Below, in pieces: positions 34,734 to 45,292 of a stretch of 64,000 bases of DNA. Position numbers and translations under genes: made by a program. The notes under the pieces are model-generated. The model made no database searches. It saw only the letters and a program-made list of their open reading frames with translations, and was not told the origin of the DNA. Within the stretch, counting starts at the first letter, position 1. The number at the start of each line of letters is the position of its first letter. Source of the DNA: an uncultured delta proteobacterium (GTDB taxonomy: Bacteria > Desulfobacterota > WTBG01 > CAIYCZ01 > CAIRTM01); the NCBI GenBank assembly GCA_963804955.1, contig CAWDSQ010000022.1, forward strand, positions 93,231 to 157,230. The letters run 5' to 3'.

Positions 34734-35934
34734 CTAAATTTTAAACTTCCCCTTTTCGTAAATGACGGTCTTTTTGCCGTTTGCAAGAATTGCCGTCACC
34801 ACCTTGTCCTCCGTGTTCACCAGGTCCCAGTGCAGGGCCGAGTCATTGAACCCGAGAGCGATTTTTTTCTGCGGCTTCAGTTCGGCCGGGTTGCCTGCAT
34901 AGGTGTCGGAATAGGATGAGCCAACAGCTATGTGGCAGTTACCGTATGCGCCGCCATAGTTTTCATCGTACAGGGTGTCAGCCATGAAGCGGTCGATTTT
35001 CGAAAACCTGATATCCGTCAGCGAGAATTCGCCCACCCGGCAGGCGCCCGCGTCCATGGCCAGCTGCTTTTTTACAAAGTCGGGGTTCATCCGCGCGTCG
35101 ACTTTGACGGCAGAACCCTTTTTGAATTCAAGGCGCACGCCTTTTACCAGATTGCCGCTGCGGTAGGACGGCTGATTGGCGTAGTAGACGCCCTCGGTGC
35201 CCCGCCAGTCGGGCGAGATAAACAACTCAAAACTCGGTATATTGTGGCCCGATATGCCGATCCAGCGGCGCCGTTCGCCGTGGGCTATGGTCAGGTCTAT
35301 GGTTTTGGACTCGATGCGGTAGGCCTTGATTTTCATGCTGTTGAGCCATTTTTTTATTGCCTGCGCGTTTTTAAAAATTTTTTCCCATGCAGCAACGGGG
35401 TTTTTTGCGTTCAGGTAGCATGCCTTTACAACCTGGTCGGTATACTGCCGCAGCGACATGCCTGCATGCTTTGCCACCTGCGGGGTCGGCAGGGTGCAGA
35501 GCGTCCAGCCCAGCTTGCCCTCTTCTTCGCGCTTGAACATGATATCTTTGAGGGGTTTGCGGGCTATCATCGTCTTTGCAATGCGGTCTGAATCGATGTC
35601 CTGCAGATGGGTGAGCGATTCCGGGGCATACAGAAAAATGCTGCCGTTTAAATTGGCATACAGCTCGCGCTCGCCCGGAGCTTCAAACACCAGCTGTTTG
35701 TCATTGGCCATTTTATAAAACGTTCGCTCCATGGTTGCCGTGGCAAGCAGGCGCGTGACCGGGTGCATGCCCCAGGCAAGCAGCCGCTGCCTGCAGGATT
35801 TCGGCAAGCCGCAGCGCCGGCAGATTATAGCGCACCAGCACGACATCGTTTTTTTTGTATGTCTGAGCCCGGGCTGTTTTCAGGCCCCAGATGAGCACAT
35901 CGGCATAGTTGTTCAGCTGTTTTTCGGTAAGCAT
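34734..35934 (-). CDS. Aminopeptidase, M29 (AmpS/PepS) family (indel near 35790)
   Basis: NIPSFELF, VGEFSL, LYDEN.GG..CHIAVG, GFNDSALHWDLV. Confidence 0.9.
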
Positions 35935-36301
35935 GGTGTTTTCTCCTTGTGTTCATGTAGTAAAATCGACGTTCATAAGTTCAAAGGTTCAAGGTTAAAA
36001 ACAGGGTGTATACGAAGGCCTCTGCCGGGGCAGACCTGCCCCTGCACGCTGTAACCTTGAACTTTAAACCTTGACCCTTGAACTTTCAAAATAGGTAAGT
36101 ATCCCCTGCTTGTCAATGCAAAAACAGGCATCCTCTCCCTGGCATTGCGTTTCCTTTGCCAGAATGGTATTCTCTAACATGGCTGGAAACATGTTTCAGT
36201 ATCAGCCGGTATTTTTTTTCAGGGAGCAGACGCAGACCATCATACGCGAGAGCTTGTAAGAAGATCTTTAAGGCTGCGGAGGGGCGGCTGGATGAGGATT
36301 T

Positions 36302-36625
36302 TTAAAACTTTTTGGGCTTTGAAGTCTTATACTTAAAGCCCGGAGCTTTTTTTGCTTCAGCCTGTTTTTTTAATTCGGGGTTTTCCCAGGTTCGCACCGG
36401 AGCATGATCCCGCGGTCCGCGCATTTTTATGATGAGGCCGTCAAGAAAACGCCTGAGAACCTGGTCGCCGCATTCTTTATAGTTCCGGTGGTCGGGCGCC
36501 CTGAATAAAGCGCCGAGCTCAGTAGCGCTCAGCTCCATGCCAGCGAGTTTCAGGATTTCAAGGATGTCCGTGTCTTTGAGCTTTAAAGCGATTCTCAGTT
36601 TTTTTAAAATATCATTATTAACCAT
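36302..36625 (-). CDS. DUF1456 (YehS-like) protein
   Basis: MVNNDILKKLRIAL...YKECGDQVLRRFLDGLIIKMRG. Confidence 0.85.
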   Translation of the reverse strand: MVNNDILKKLRIALKLKDTDILEILKLAGMELSATELGALFRAPDHRNYKECGDQVLRRFLDGLIIKMRGPRDHAPVRTWENPELKKQAEAKKAPGFKYKTSKPKKF

Positions 36626-36890
36626 GGCGAGCCTCTTTGTGAAACCACTTCGTTCATTACCAGGGGATGATGTGTTATTCTTAATACAAATCTCCACAAT
36701 AGAGATGACGAAAAAATTCCCCCTTTAGTAAAGGGGGTTAAGCAGGCTATTTTGTTCGTATCAAATTAATAGTGCCCCTTGGTTGCTGGGCGCTGTATTT
36801 AGCCTTATAGTATAGTCTGCCGGCTGATGGCGACTGTTTTTTTCAGGTATCTGCTGCATAAACATTTTCAGGAAAGGGCACTGTGCTCCC

Positions 36891-37241
36891 ATGAAAGTCA
36901 TAAGCCTCAACGATATGAAAAAAATGCCGGTAACAATGGAAGGCGCCGCGGGCGTATGCAAGCAGCTCCCCCTGGCCGCAGCCGACGGCTCTCCGGAATT
37001 TTCTTTTCGCGTTTTTACTATTGAGCCCGGCGGCCATACCCCGTATCACACCCATCCTTTTGAGCATCTCAATTATATTATTGAAGGCTCGGGCGCGCTG
37101 GTTCAGGCAAGCGGCGATACATATGCGCTTAAAAAAGGCGACTTTGCTTTGGTGCTGCCTCAGGAGAAGCATCAATACCGCAACAGTTCCGCAAGCGAGC
37201 CGTTTATTATGATCTGCGCAGTACCGAAGGAATATGAATAG
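36891..37241 (+). CDS. Cupin-domain protein
   Basis: GGHTPYHTHPFEH...YIIEG...HQYRN. Confidence 0.9.
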   Translation: MKVISLNDMKKMPVTMEGAAGVCKQLPLAAADGSPEFSFRVFTIEPGGHTPYHTHPFEHLNYIIEGSGALVQASGDTYALKKGDFALVLPQEKHQYRNSSASEPFIMICAVPKEYE

Positions 37242-37419
37242 ATGCTGCGACAGATTTCAGGAGGGCGGATGCCGTCCTTATCAGGCGCTTTGCATCATAC
37301 TTCACAAGCATAGCGGGTTTTTTTGTACCCATTATGAAACTGTTTATTAGACATTGCTTTTTTTTATTTATAGGGCATCCTATGCAAAAGAGATAATTAA
37401 TTTTCAAGGAGGGTGTTGT

Positions 37420-39223
37420 ATGCACAAACATTCCGCAAAAACCGGACTGGTTCTGCTGCTGGGCTTTGTTCTGCTTGCCCCGCTTCCGGCAACTGCCAAA
37501 GACACCTGTCTTACGGGAGAGAAGATCGGGCTTGCCTGCGCGACTGATGCCGATTGCGGCGTTGGGGGCATCTGCTGCACTGGCACGACCGACACTGACA
37601 ATGACAGCTTTGGCGATGACTGCGACTTTTGCAAAGGCAAAGGGCAGTATGATCAGGATGAAGACGGCCTGTGCGACGAAGAGGACAACTGCCCCACCGT
37701 GCCCAACCCCGGCCAGAAAGACAGCGACAATGATGGCATCGGCGATGTCTGCCCGGGGCAGGTGGAAAAATTTGCCCCTATCGCGGTTTTCAAAGGCAGC
37801 TGGTATGACATGGGCCGCCAGGCAGGCTTTAAGTACGCGCATTTTATTATGAGTTTCGGCAACCTTTTCGGCTGGATCGCTAACTTGGTCAAACCCAGTG
37901 CTGTATGGACAGCGCAGGCCTACTATGACACCATTGAAGACACTCTGCCGCAGAGCTACAAGGACCATCTCGACGGCATGGCCGACGGTCTTGCTGAGGC
38001 CTTCCCGGTGCTGGACCGCGAGGCTGCCTGGAGTGTGGTTGTGGCGCTGAATATGGGTACCGAGCTTATAAATATGAGTAATATGGCTGTTATCCCGATT
38101 CCCGGTCAGAATGAGATTCTGGGCTGTACCGGGTTTGCCGTCACGTCGCCTGCAGGCACGTTTCTCTGCCATAACACCGACGCGCAGACCACGCTTAACG
38201 GTTCGGTCATCATCTACTGGCAGCCTGAAAGCGGCTACGGCTATATGACCATGGACCCGCCGGGCTGGGCTGATGTGGGCTTCGGCCTGAATGAAAAGGG
38301 CATAGCGGTCACGACTAATGCCGGCAGCCCCAATGACAATGCCTCCATGGGCCTGCCGCCTAATATCATGCTGCGGCGGGTTATGGAGGAGGCAGCAACA
38401 CTGGAAGAGGCGGTAGCGCTGTTGCAGGGCTGGCTCGACAACGGAACCAGCTTCGGCACCGGCGGGGCATTGTTGCATATCGTCGATTTTAACCAGAACA
38501 AAATGGCCAAAATCCAGCTGCGCTCGCAGGTGATCGAGGTGACTTACGGCGAGCACCGGCAGTCGGATAACAGCAGCGACGTATGTCGGTTCGGCAAATC
38601 ATTTTGTAGGCGATTTTAATCCCGACCAGAGGTCTTATTCCTACCCTTCGTCGTTTGAGCGCTATGCACGGCTCATGGACCTTCTGGACAATAGCACCGA
38701 AGATTTCAATCTTGACCAGTGCTGGAGCGTGCTGCGCGATACCAAAGACGGGGCCGCCACCAATAAAACCATTTCGCGCATTGCCGAAGGTATGGGCCAG
38801 AGCAAAACGACGTTCAGCACAATCTTTACCCCCGACGGCATGTATTACTCCCTGGAGCCCCCGCATCTCTACTTTGAGCAGTTCCCGGAGGCTCAGTTTG
38901 CGGGCAAACCTGATGCACCGGGTTTTACTGTTGTTGATGCGTTCGCGGTAAAACCGCGCATCTTTTTTTCGCGGCTTGACTGGGCAACAAGCTCTGAAAC
39001 CGCGGGCTCAACATTTAATATTTACCGCTCCACCTCTCGCGACGGCGGTTACAGGAAGATAAACCTGCTGCCGGTGAAGGCACGAGGCAAAGACGGAGCA
39101 GGCAGGTCGTACCGGTTTTTTGACCTTACCGCCTTCGGCGCCAAACGGTTTTACTACCGCCTTGAATGTATCGACGCAAGCGGCATATCGCTTATGCACG
39201 GTCCTGCTCACGGGGCGCAATAA
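37420..39223 (+). CDS. Secreted C45-family Ntn acyltransferase/hydrolase with TSP3-like Ca-binding repeats (indel near 38580)
   Basis: Signal peptide, [26 protein letters not shown] nucleophile, HNTD, GLNEKGI. Confidence 0.8.
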
Positions 39224-39243
39224 GATTGGGTTGAAGGGATGAT

Positions 39244-39276
39244 AAAAAGCACGGGTTCGCAAGCCCGTGCTTTTTT
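39244..39276. terminator. Intrinsic terminator
   Basis: AAAAAGCACGGG-TTCGCAAG-CCCGTGCTTTTTT. Confidence 0.8.
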
Positions 39277-39331
39277 ATTTGAAAACAGGCAGTACTCATC
39301 ATGCTTCGCAACTGGCTGAAAATCCGAAAAT

Positions 39332-39370
39332 TTAACACTACCTTAACAGAAAATTTATCAGGTCTTAATA
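39332..39370 (+). promoter_or_regulatory. Pho-box-like array upstream of phoB
   Basis: TTAACA, TTAACA, TTTATC, TTAATA at 39332/39343/39354/39365 (11-bp period). Confidence 0.6.
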
Positions 39371-39480
39371 AAATGCCGATACATATACTATCAAAGCCAC
39401 GGTTATCAGCATGGGCACAGCCGGGCTTTTGTGGTATGAAGTAGTATACTCCTTGTGTAAACCGTGCCAGGCAATATTAA

Positions 39481-40164
39481 ATGAAAAAGCCTATTGTCAT
39501 AGTCGAAGATGAGCCCGACATTGTCGAGCTCATGACCATCCACCTTGAAAAAGCAGGCTTTGCCGTAAAGAGCTTTTCAGGCGGCGCGGGCTTTTTGCGC
39601 TTTATTGAGAAGACGGAGCCTGCCCTGGTTGTGCTCGACCTGATGCTTCCCGATATCGACGGGCTTGAAATCTGCAAAACCCTGCGCCGCCATGAGAGCC
39701 TTGCCTCTGTGCCCATCATCATGGTGACGGCCAAAGGCGAGGAAATGGACAAAGTGCTGGGCCTGGAGCTGGGAGCCGACGACTACCTGGCCAAGCCTTT
39801 TTCGCCCAGGGAGCTGGTGGCGCGGGTCAAGGCGCTGCTGCGGCGGCACGGGCCGGCTGAACAGGCGGGCAAACTGGTTGAGATCGGCGGTATGCTGACC
39901 CTTGACCTTACAAAATACGAGGTGACGCTGCGGGGCCGCAGGATTGAGCTTACATCGACGGAGTTTAAAATCCTTGAGCTGCTGTCGTCGAAAAAAAGCT
40001 GGGTGTTCAGCAGGGAAAAGATACTTGATCATCTCTGGGGCGATGAGAAGGCTGTTATCGACCGCACGGTTGATGTGCATATCAGGCATCTGCGGGAAAA
40101 GCTCGGGGATGCGGCGCAGTTCATCAAAAATATCCGCGGTGTGGGGTATAAGCTGGAAGAATGA
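39481..40164 (+). CDS. phoB: PhoB/PhoP-family response regulator
   Basis: GLELGADDY, RTVDVHIRHLREKL, IRGVGY; paired with a PhoR-like kinase. Confidence 0.8.
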   Translation: MKKPIVIVEDEPDIVELMTIHLEKAGFAVKSFSGGAGFLRFIEKTEPALVVLDLMLPDIDGLEICKTLRRHESLASVPIIMVTAKGEEMDKVLGLELGADDYLAKPFSPRELVARVKALLRRHGPAEQAGKLVEIGGMLTLDLTKYEVTLRGRRIELTSTEFKILELLSSKKSWVFSREKILDHLWGDEKAVIDRTVDVHIRHLREKLGDAAQFIKNIRGVGYKLEE

Positions 40165-41885
40165 AACGATCTGTTTTTGCTAAAATATTCGCCGGGTATT
40201 TTCTCCTGACCTGCGTGCTTGCGGGTGCGGTTTTCTTTTTTTCCTACCGCATTTCGCGCCACTACTATGAGAAAACGCTCACCGACGATCTCGAAAAATT
40301 GTGCGCCGTGCTGCTGGTTACTGCCTCGCCCCTCATGGAGCAGAAGCGCTTCAGTGAGCTTGATGCCGTGGTGAAAAGCATCGGCTCCTCCATCGGCACG
40401 CGCATCACCATCATCGGCCCGAAGGGCGCTGTTCTGGCGGATTCTGAAAAGAACCCCGCCACAATGGAGAACCACCTGTCCCGGCCCGAGATGATCATGG
40501 CGCTTCATGGCGGAAAGGGTTCATCGATGCGCTACAGCACTACGGTGCAGGAAAACATGCTCTATGTGGCCGTGCCCATTCGCAAAGATGGCGCTGTTAC
40601 GGGCGTGCTTCGGGCCAGTCTCTTTATGCATACTATTAACCGTATGATCGATGATTTTACGGGGGCCATGGCCTCCACAGCCCTTGCTATCATGGTGCTC
40701 GGACTGCTTGTTTCGCTTATCCTGTCGCGCCGCCTCACCAGGCCAATCCGCAAGCTCAGCCGCGCCTCAAAGCTCATTGCCGCAGGCGATTTTAATGTGC
40801 GCGTGTTTCTCGAAAATAATGACGAACTCAGGGAATTCGCCGACAGCTTCAACACCATGACCGAAAAGATACGGGGCCTCTTCGACGAGGTTTCCCTGCA
40901 GAAGCAGGAGCTCGACAGTATCATAGCGTCCATGAACGAGGCGCTGCTGGTGCTGGACCGCGACGGCCGCATTGTGCTTGCCAACGATGCCTTCAGGCTG
41001 ATGGTTCATGAGCAGCCTCTGGAGGGGCGGTTTTTCTGGGAAATCATTCGCGTGCCCGAACTCGGCGACATTGTCAAGCAGGTGCGCGCCTGCCATGACC
41101 GGCATATCGGCGAGATAGCGATAGAAGGAAGAACCTTTCTGTGCAGCTCATCATTTATGGCTCAGAAAGAGGAAATTCTGCTGGTGCTGCTTGACATTAC
41201 GGAGATCAGAAATATCGAGCGCATGAAGAAAGACTTCGTCGTGAATGTTTCCCATGAGCTGCGCACTCCCCTGACGGCCATCAAGGGATTTGTTGAAACC
41301 ATGCTCGACGACACTGGCGGGGCTTCCAGCCGCCATTATCTTGAAATCATCAAACGCCATACCGACCGGCTTATAAATATCACCAAAGACCTTATGTCCC
41401 TTGCCCGGCTCGAGCGTGAAGAGCAGCTTGAAACCGGGCCCCTTGATCTGAAGGCCCTTATCGATCAGGTGCTGATCATCTATGAAGCCCGCCTGAAGGA
41501 GAAACAGCTGACCCTGCAGCTTGATATCGACAGCGGCCTGTCGGACATGCGCGGCGACGCGTTCACAATCGAGCAGATGTTCATCAACCTGCTTGACAAT
41601 GCCATCACCTATACCGAGCAGGGCGGCATCACCATCACGGCCCGCCGCGAGCAGAGCCAGGCCATTATAACCGTCAGCGATACAGGCATCGGCATTGCCG
41701 CAGACCAGCTGCCGCGCATTTTCGAGCGATTCTATGTAACGGATAAATCCCGCTCGCGAAAGCTCGGCGGCACGGGCCTGGGGCTCTCCATCGTCAAGCA
41801 TATCGTGCTGCTGCACAAGGGCACAATCGATGTTGAGAGCACACCTGGCACGGGCACAAAATTTATCATTCGCCTGCCGCAGTGA
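40161..41885 (+). CDS. phoR: Phosphate-regulon sensor kinase PhoR-like
   Basis: MENHLSRPE, HAMP, PAS, NVSHELRTPLT, FERFYVTDKSRSRKLGGTGLGL. Confidence 0.85.
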   Translation: MKRSVFAKIFAGYFLLTCVLAGAVFFFSYRISRHYYEKTLTDDLEKLCAVLLVTASPLMEQKRFSELDAVVKSIGSSIGTRITIIGPKGAVLADSEKNPATMENHLSRPEMIMALHGGKGSSMRYSTTVQENMLYVAVPIRKDGAVTGVLRASLFMHTINRMIDDFTGAMASTALAIMVLGLLVSLILSRRLTRPIRKLSRASKLIAAGDFNVRVFLENNDELREFADSFNTMTEKIRGLFDEVSLQKQELDSIIASMNEALLVLDRDGRIVLANDAFRLMVHEQPLEGRFFWEIIRVPELGDIVKQVRACHDRHIGEIAIEGRTFLCSSSFMAQKEEILLVLLDITEIRNIERMKKDFVVNVSHELRTPLTAIKGFVETMLDDTGGASSRHYLEIIKRHTDRLINITKDLMSLARLEREEQLETGPLDLKALIDQVLIIYEARLKEKQLTLQLDIDSGLSDMRGDAFTIEQMFINLLDNAITYTEQGGITITARREQSQAIITVSDTGIGIAADQLPRIFERFYVTDKSRSRKLGGTGLGLSIVKHIVLLHKGTIDVESTPGTGTKFIIRLPQ

Positions 41886-41944
41886 GTATTCCGCTGGCCA
41901 TTACCTGCGATCCCTGACCCCTGAATTCTTCAAGTCCTGCATTC

Positions 41945-41983
41945 TTAATCCAAAACTAACCATTTCCTTATTCAGCCTTAATA
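41945..41983 (+). promoter_or_regulatory. Second Pho-box-like array
   Basis: TTAATC, CTAACC, CTTATT, TTAATA at 41945/41956/41967/41978 (11-bp period). Confidence 0.45.
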
Positions 41984-42033
41984 CAGCGCGGCTATACTTA
42001 CAGGCAATAGAAGCATAAAAAGGAGATGGACAG

Positions 42034-43008
42034 ATGAGTACAGATTGCAACACAGCTCAAAGCATGGAAGCCCCCCTGAACGTCGTGTATATGCGCGGCA
42101 TCCGCGAGCGGGTTTTTGGTGAGCTCTCCCTGATGGCGCAGCAGCTCGGCATGGGTATTGGTGATGAGCCCTTTGCCTCAATCTACCGCACTGCGGCAGA
42201 GCATCTTTTTGCCATTGAAAATCTCTGCTGCGACGGCGACATCGATCCGCGCGCTCTGATATGCGCCAGCCATGATGATGAGCCCTGCCTGCCCTATCCG
42301 CGGCGGCTGCGGGTGGGCTTTTACCCGATTGCGGCAAATCCGCTGCACTGGGGCCATCTGCTCATCGGCCTTCGGGCTATGGCATGCCTGCAGCTTGATA
42401 AGGTGGTCTATGTGATCTCGGGACGCGATCCCCGTAAGCCCAATATGGTTTTTGCCGATTTTCGCCATATCATGGCGCGAGATTCGCTCAAGCTGTTCGG
42501 TCCGCTGTTTGCCTGCAGCTCCCTTGCCCGCTACAACGGCTATGACGGCGAGACCAACCTCTTTCGCATGCTTATGCTTAACCCGAAGCAGGCAATGGAT
42601 GTTTTTTATATCGCCGGCGGCGATCATTGCCGCAGATTTTATCCCGGTACCGAATATCCTGATACGCTTGCGAAACTGGAGCTGCACAGGGCCTCCCGGA
42701 CTTTCTTTTACAATCCGTCCGTGCATAGCGTACATGCAACCTTTATCGAGCGCTACGGCCATGCAGCGCAGGTAGACACCTGCCTTAATGTGCATTTTTT
42801 GGAGGCCCTGCCCTTTGCCGCCTCTTCCACCATGATCCGGGCCGCGCTTGACGGCGCCGGGCCGCGCAGCGATCTTGCTCTGCTGCCCTATAGCGCCTAT
42901 GTCGATATCCGCGCCCTGAACCTCTACGGCGTGCAGCCTGCTGCACAGGGCATGCACCGCCGCAGAGCGCTGATGCCGGCCAATGCCGCCATGGCGGCGG
43001 CCTGCTGA
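42034..43008 (+). CDS. Divergent NadD-like HxGH nucleotidyltransferase
   Basis: ANPLHWGH, IAGGD, SSTMIR; AAGGAG RBS. Confidence 0.7.
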   Translation: MSTDCNTAQSMEAPLNVVYMRGIRERVFGELSLMAQQLGMGIGDEPFASIYRTAAEHLFAIENLCCDGDIDPRALICASHDDEPCLPYPRRLRVGFYPIAANPLHWGHLLIGLRAMACLQLDKVVYVISGRDPRKPNMVFADFRHIMARDSLKLFGPLFACSSLARYNGYDGETNLFRMLMLNPKQAMDVFYIAGGDHCRRFYPGTEYPDTLAKLELHRASRTFFYNPSVHSVHATFIERYGHAAQVDTCLNVHFLEALPFAASSTMIRAALDGAGPRSDLALLPYSAYVDIRALNLYGVQPAAQGMHRRRALMPANAAMAAAC

Positions 43009-43042
43009 GGCAATACATTCGGTAAAAATAAATCCACCTGTA

Positions 43043-43080
43043 AATAAAAGCCGGCGACTGATGCAGTCACCGGCTTTATT
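43043..43080. terminator. Bidirectional intrinsic terminator
   Basis: AATAAAAGCCGGCGACTG-ATG-CAGTCACCGGCTTTATT between convergent genes. Confidence 0.75.
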
Positions 43081-43093
43081 GTATCCTTAGTAC

Positions 43094-43281
43094 AGCCCCA
43101 CACAATAAAGGGGGTAAAAAAACAGAACCCGTAGGCTGGACAAAGAACCTGACTTTTACTCAATGCCTACACTATCACCGGACACGCGGCGTTTATCCCG
43201 CATGGCGGGACTTTGTCCGGTCTACAATAAAGGCACTACGTCAGGTTCGTGTCCGGCTTTTTGCCCCCTTGTTTGGGGGCT
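43094..43281. other. ~190-nt rod-like multi-helix inverted repeat (ncRNA or MITE)
   Basis: Seven nested complementary segment pairs (see finding). Confidence 0.6.
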
Positions 43282-43300
43282 TTGAACTTCGGTTCCGGAG

Positions 43301-45244
43301 CTATGCTGTAACGATCTCAGCGCATGTCCGGGGAGACAGGGCCTTGCGGCGGTTCTGTGGCGAATCAAGCCGTGCTCCGGCGGCTGTGTTGATGTCGCTG
43401 CCATGCACGACCGTATGAAGTACCGCCACCAGCTCATTCAGATCAAGGGCATGGTTGGACAAGACTTCCCCCGTTTCCGCAGTCTCCCGGGCTCGATGCG
43501 TACTGCTCTCCGTTGCCGTTTGCATGTCGGCAACCGATCCATACAACTGCTCGATGGCGGTTGCCTGCTCGATGGTTGCTGCGGATACGCTGTCATTCAA
43601 GCCCCTGATGTCGCCAATAGCGCGGGCCAGTTCATCAAAAACGGCTGCGGCAGCCTGCGAGGCCTGCACGCCGCTGCTTACATGGCCGAGTGCTTGATGA
43701 ATTAGGCTGGCCGTGTTTTTTGCCGACTCCGCGCATTGCTGCGCGAGCAGGCCGACCTCGCGGGCGACTACTGCAAAGCCGTTGCCCGCCTCTCCGGCAT
43801 GGGTAGCTTCAATGGCGGCATTCAGCGACAGCATTTTGGTCTGGAAAGCAAGTCCGTTGATTGTTTCGACAATGGAAGCGCACTGGCTCGCCGATGTTTC
43901 AATGCGGTGCATGACTTCAAGCAGGCTGCGCATTTGTTCCGCACCCTGTTCTGATGACTCATGCGCGAGCCGCGCCGTACGGGAGGCGGCTGTGCTGCTG
44001 TCGGCATTTGACCTTGTCGAGTGGGTTATCTGCTCAAGGGCTGCGGAGGATTCCTGCAGCCGGCTAGCCTGGATCTCCGCTGCGCGGTGCAAATCGGCGC
44101 TGTTGGCGGACATGGCCAGAGAGGTGTCCCGAAGGGTTTGTGAACTTAACCTGAGGCCGGATATTGTCTGCGTCAGGGAGCCGTTTATGTGAAGACTCAG
44201 CAGCGTTCCGAGCAGGAGAGAAAAAAGCGCTCCCAGCGCGCAGCCGACAAGGGCGTTTGTCCGCGCCCACTGCGCGCTTTGCAGTGATTGGGCGACTGCA
44301 GCGGCAGCGGCCTGCTCATTGAGTGTAATAAGCTCTTCCAGGATGTCCTGTACTGCGCGCTGACGCTGAAATATGGTTACCCGCGCCTGAATGGCCATGC
44401 GCGTGTAGAGCTCCTCTGCCTTGGCCGCTTGCAGCCGCAGCTTGTCGAACAGGCCGAACATGGTGTCTGCGGCAGGCATCAGCTCGCTGAAAAAAACAAG
44501 AGAGGCGTCCTGCATGCGGCCCAGCGTCACCTGCTTTTTTATATCTGCTACACCGGCATAAAATTTTTCATGCTCCGGGACAATGGCCTTTACAATCTGC
44601 TGCAGGGTGTGGTTGGCAGTCGTGAACCGGTCCAGCCATCGGCCGAAATGCGATTGGCGCGGGTTGTCTCCGCCGTCAAAGGACGTGTTGGTCTGGATCA
44701 GATAGGATGTCTGGCCCTGCAGCTTGTAGAGATCGCCGCGAAACTGCTCCACTTCAGTTTTCATGGTTAAAGGATTGCCGATGTCGAGAACATCAAGCTC
44801 GCGGCACAGACCGAGAAAGGCCCGGTTTTCTGTTTCCCAGGCCGCAAGCGCCGCACGGAGCTGCCTATGCAGCGCCGCTTCCCGGTCGGTGCGGGGCAGG
44901 CCGTCACAGGTGTGCAACTCCTGTTCATAGGCTTTTTGCGCCTGAGCGATGGCCTGGTACTGAGCAAGCCGCTCCTGCTGCGTGATGCCGGGGTCAAGCA
45001 GGATCATGGCCGAGCTTTTGATAGTTTCAAGGTTTGCGCTTACCCGTAAGATGTTTTCGATGCCTGCAAGCCTGACGGTGCCGATGTCGACCAAATGCGA
45101 GCTGAGCCTGTTTGCCACACCCCAGCCGATAGTTCCGGTGAGCAGGGTCGTGCAGGCGATGACGGCAAAGCTGCTGAGCAGTTTGGTGCGCAGGCGCATG
45201 CGGCCAAGCGGTGCGGCCAGGCGCGTGAGAGAGTGTAACAACAT
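43301..45244 (-). CDS. Methyl-accepting chemotaxis protein with 4HB sensor and CZB-like insert
   Basis: 2 TM; QTKMLSLNAAIEA..AGEAGNGFAVVAREV signalling hairpin. Confidence 0.9.
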   Translation of the reverse strand: MLLHSLTRLAAPLGRMRLRTKLLSSFAVIACTTLLTGTIGWGVANRLSSHLVDIGTVRLAGIENILRVSANLETIKSSAMILLDPGITQQERLAQYQAIAQAQKAYEQELHTCDGLPRTDREAALHRQLRAALAAWETENRAFLGLCRELDVLDIGNPLTMKTEVEQFRGDLYKLQGQTSYLIQTNTSFDGGDNPRQSHFGRWLDRFTTANHTLQQIVKAIVPEHEKFYAGVADIKKQVTLGRMQDASLVFFSELMPAADTMFGLFDKLRLQAAKAEELYTRMAIQARVTIFQRQRAVQDILEELITLNEQAAAAAVAQSLQSAQWARTNALVGCALGALFSLLLGTLLSLHINGSLTQTISGLRLSSQTLRDTSLAMSANSADLHRAAEIQASRLQESSAALEQITHSTRSNADSSTAASRTARLAHESSEQGAEQMRSLLEVMHRIETSASQCASIVETINGLAFQTKMLSLNAAIEATHAGEAGNGFAVVAREVGLLAQQCAESAKNTASLIHQALGHVSSGVQASQAAAAVFDELARAIGDIRGLNDSVSAATIEQATAIEQLYGSVADMQTATESSTHRARETAETGEVLSNHALDLNELVAVLHTVVHGSDINTAAGARLDSPQNRRKALSPRTCAEIVTA

Positions 45245-45292
45245 GGATTCATCCTTTCCTGTATGGTGTTTTTGGAGAGGTAAAAGCCGCCA

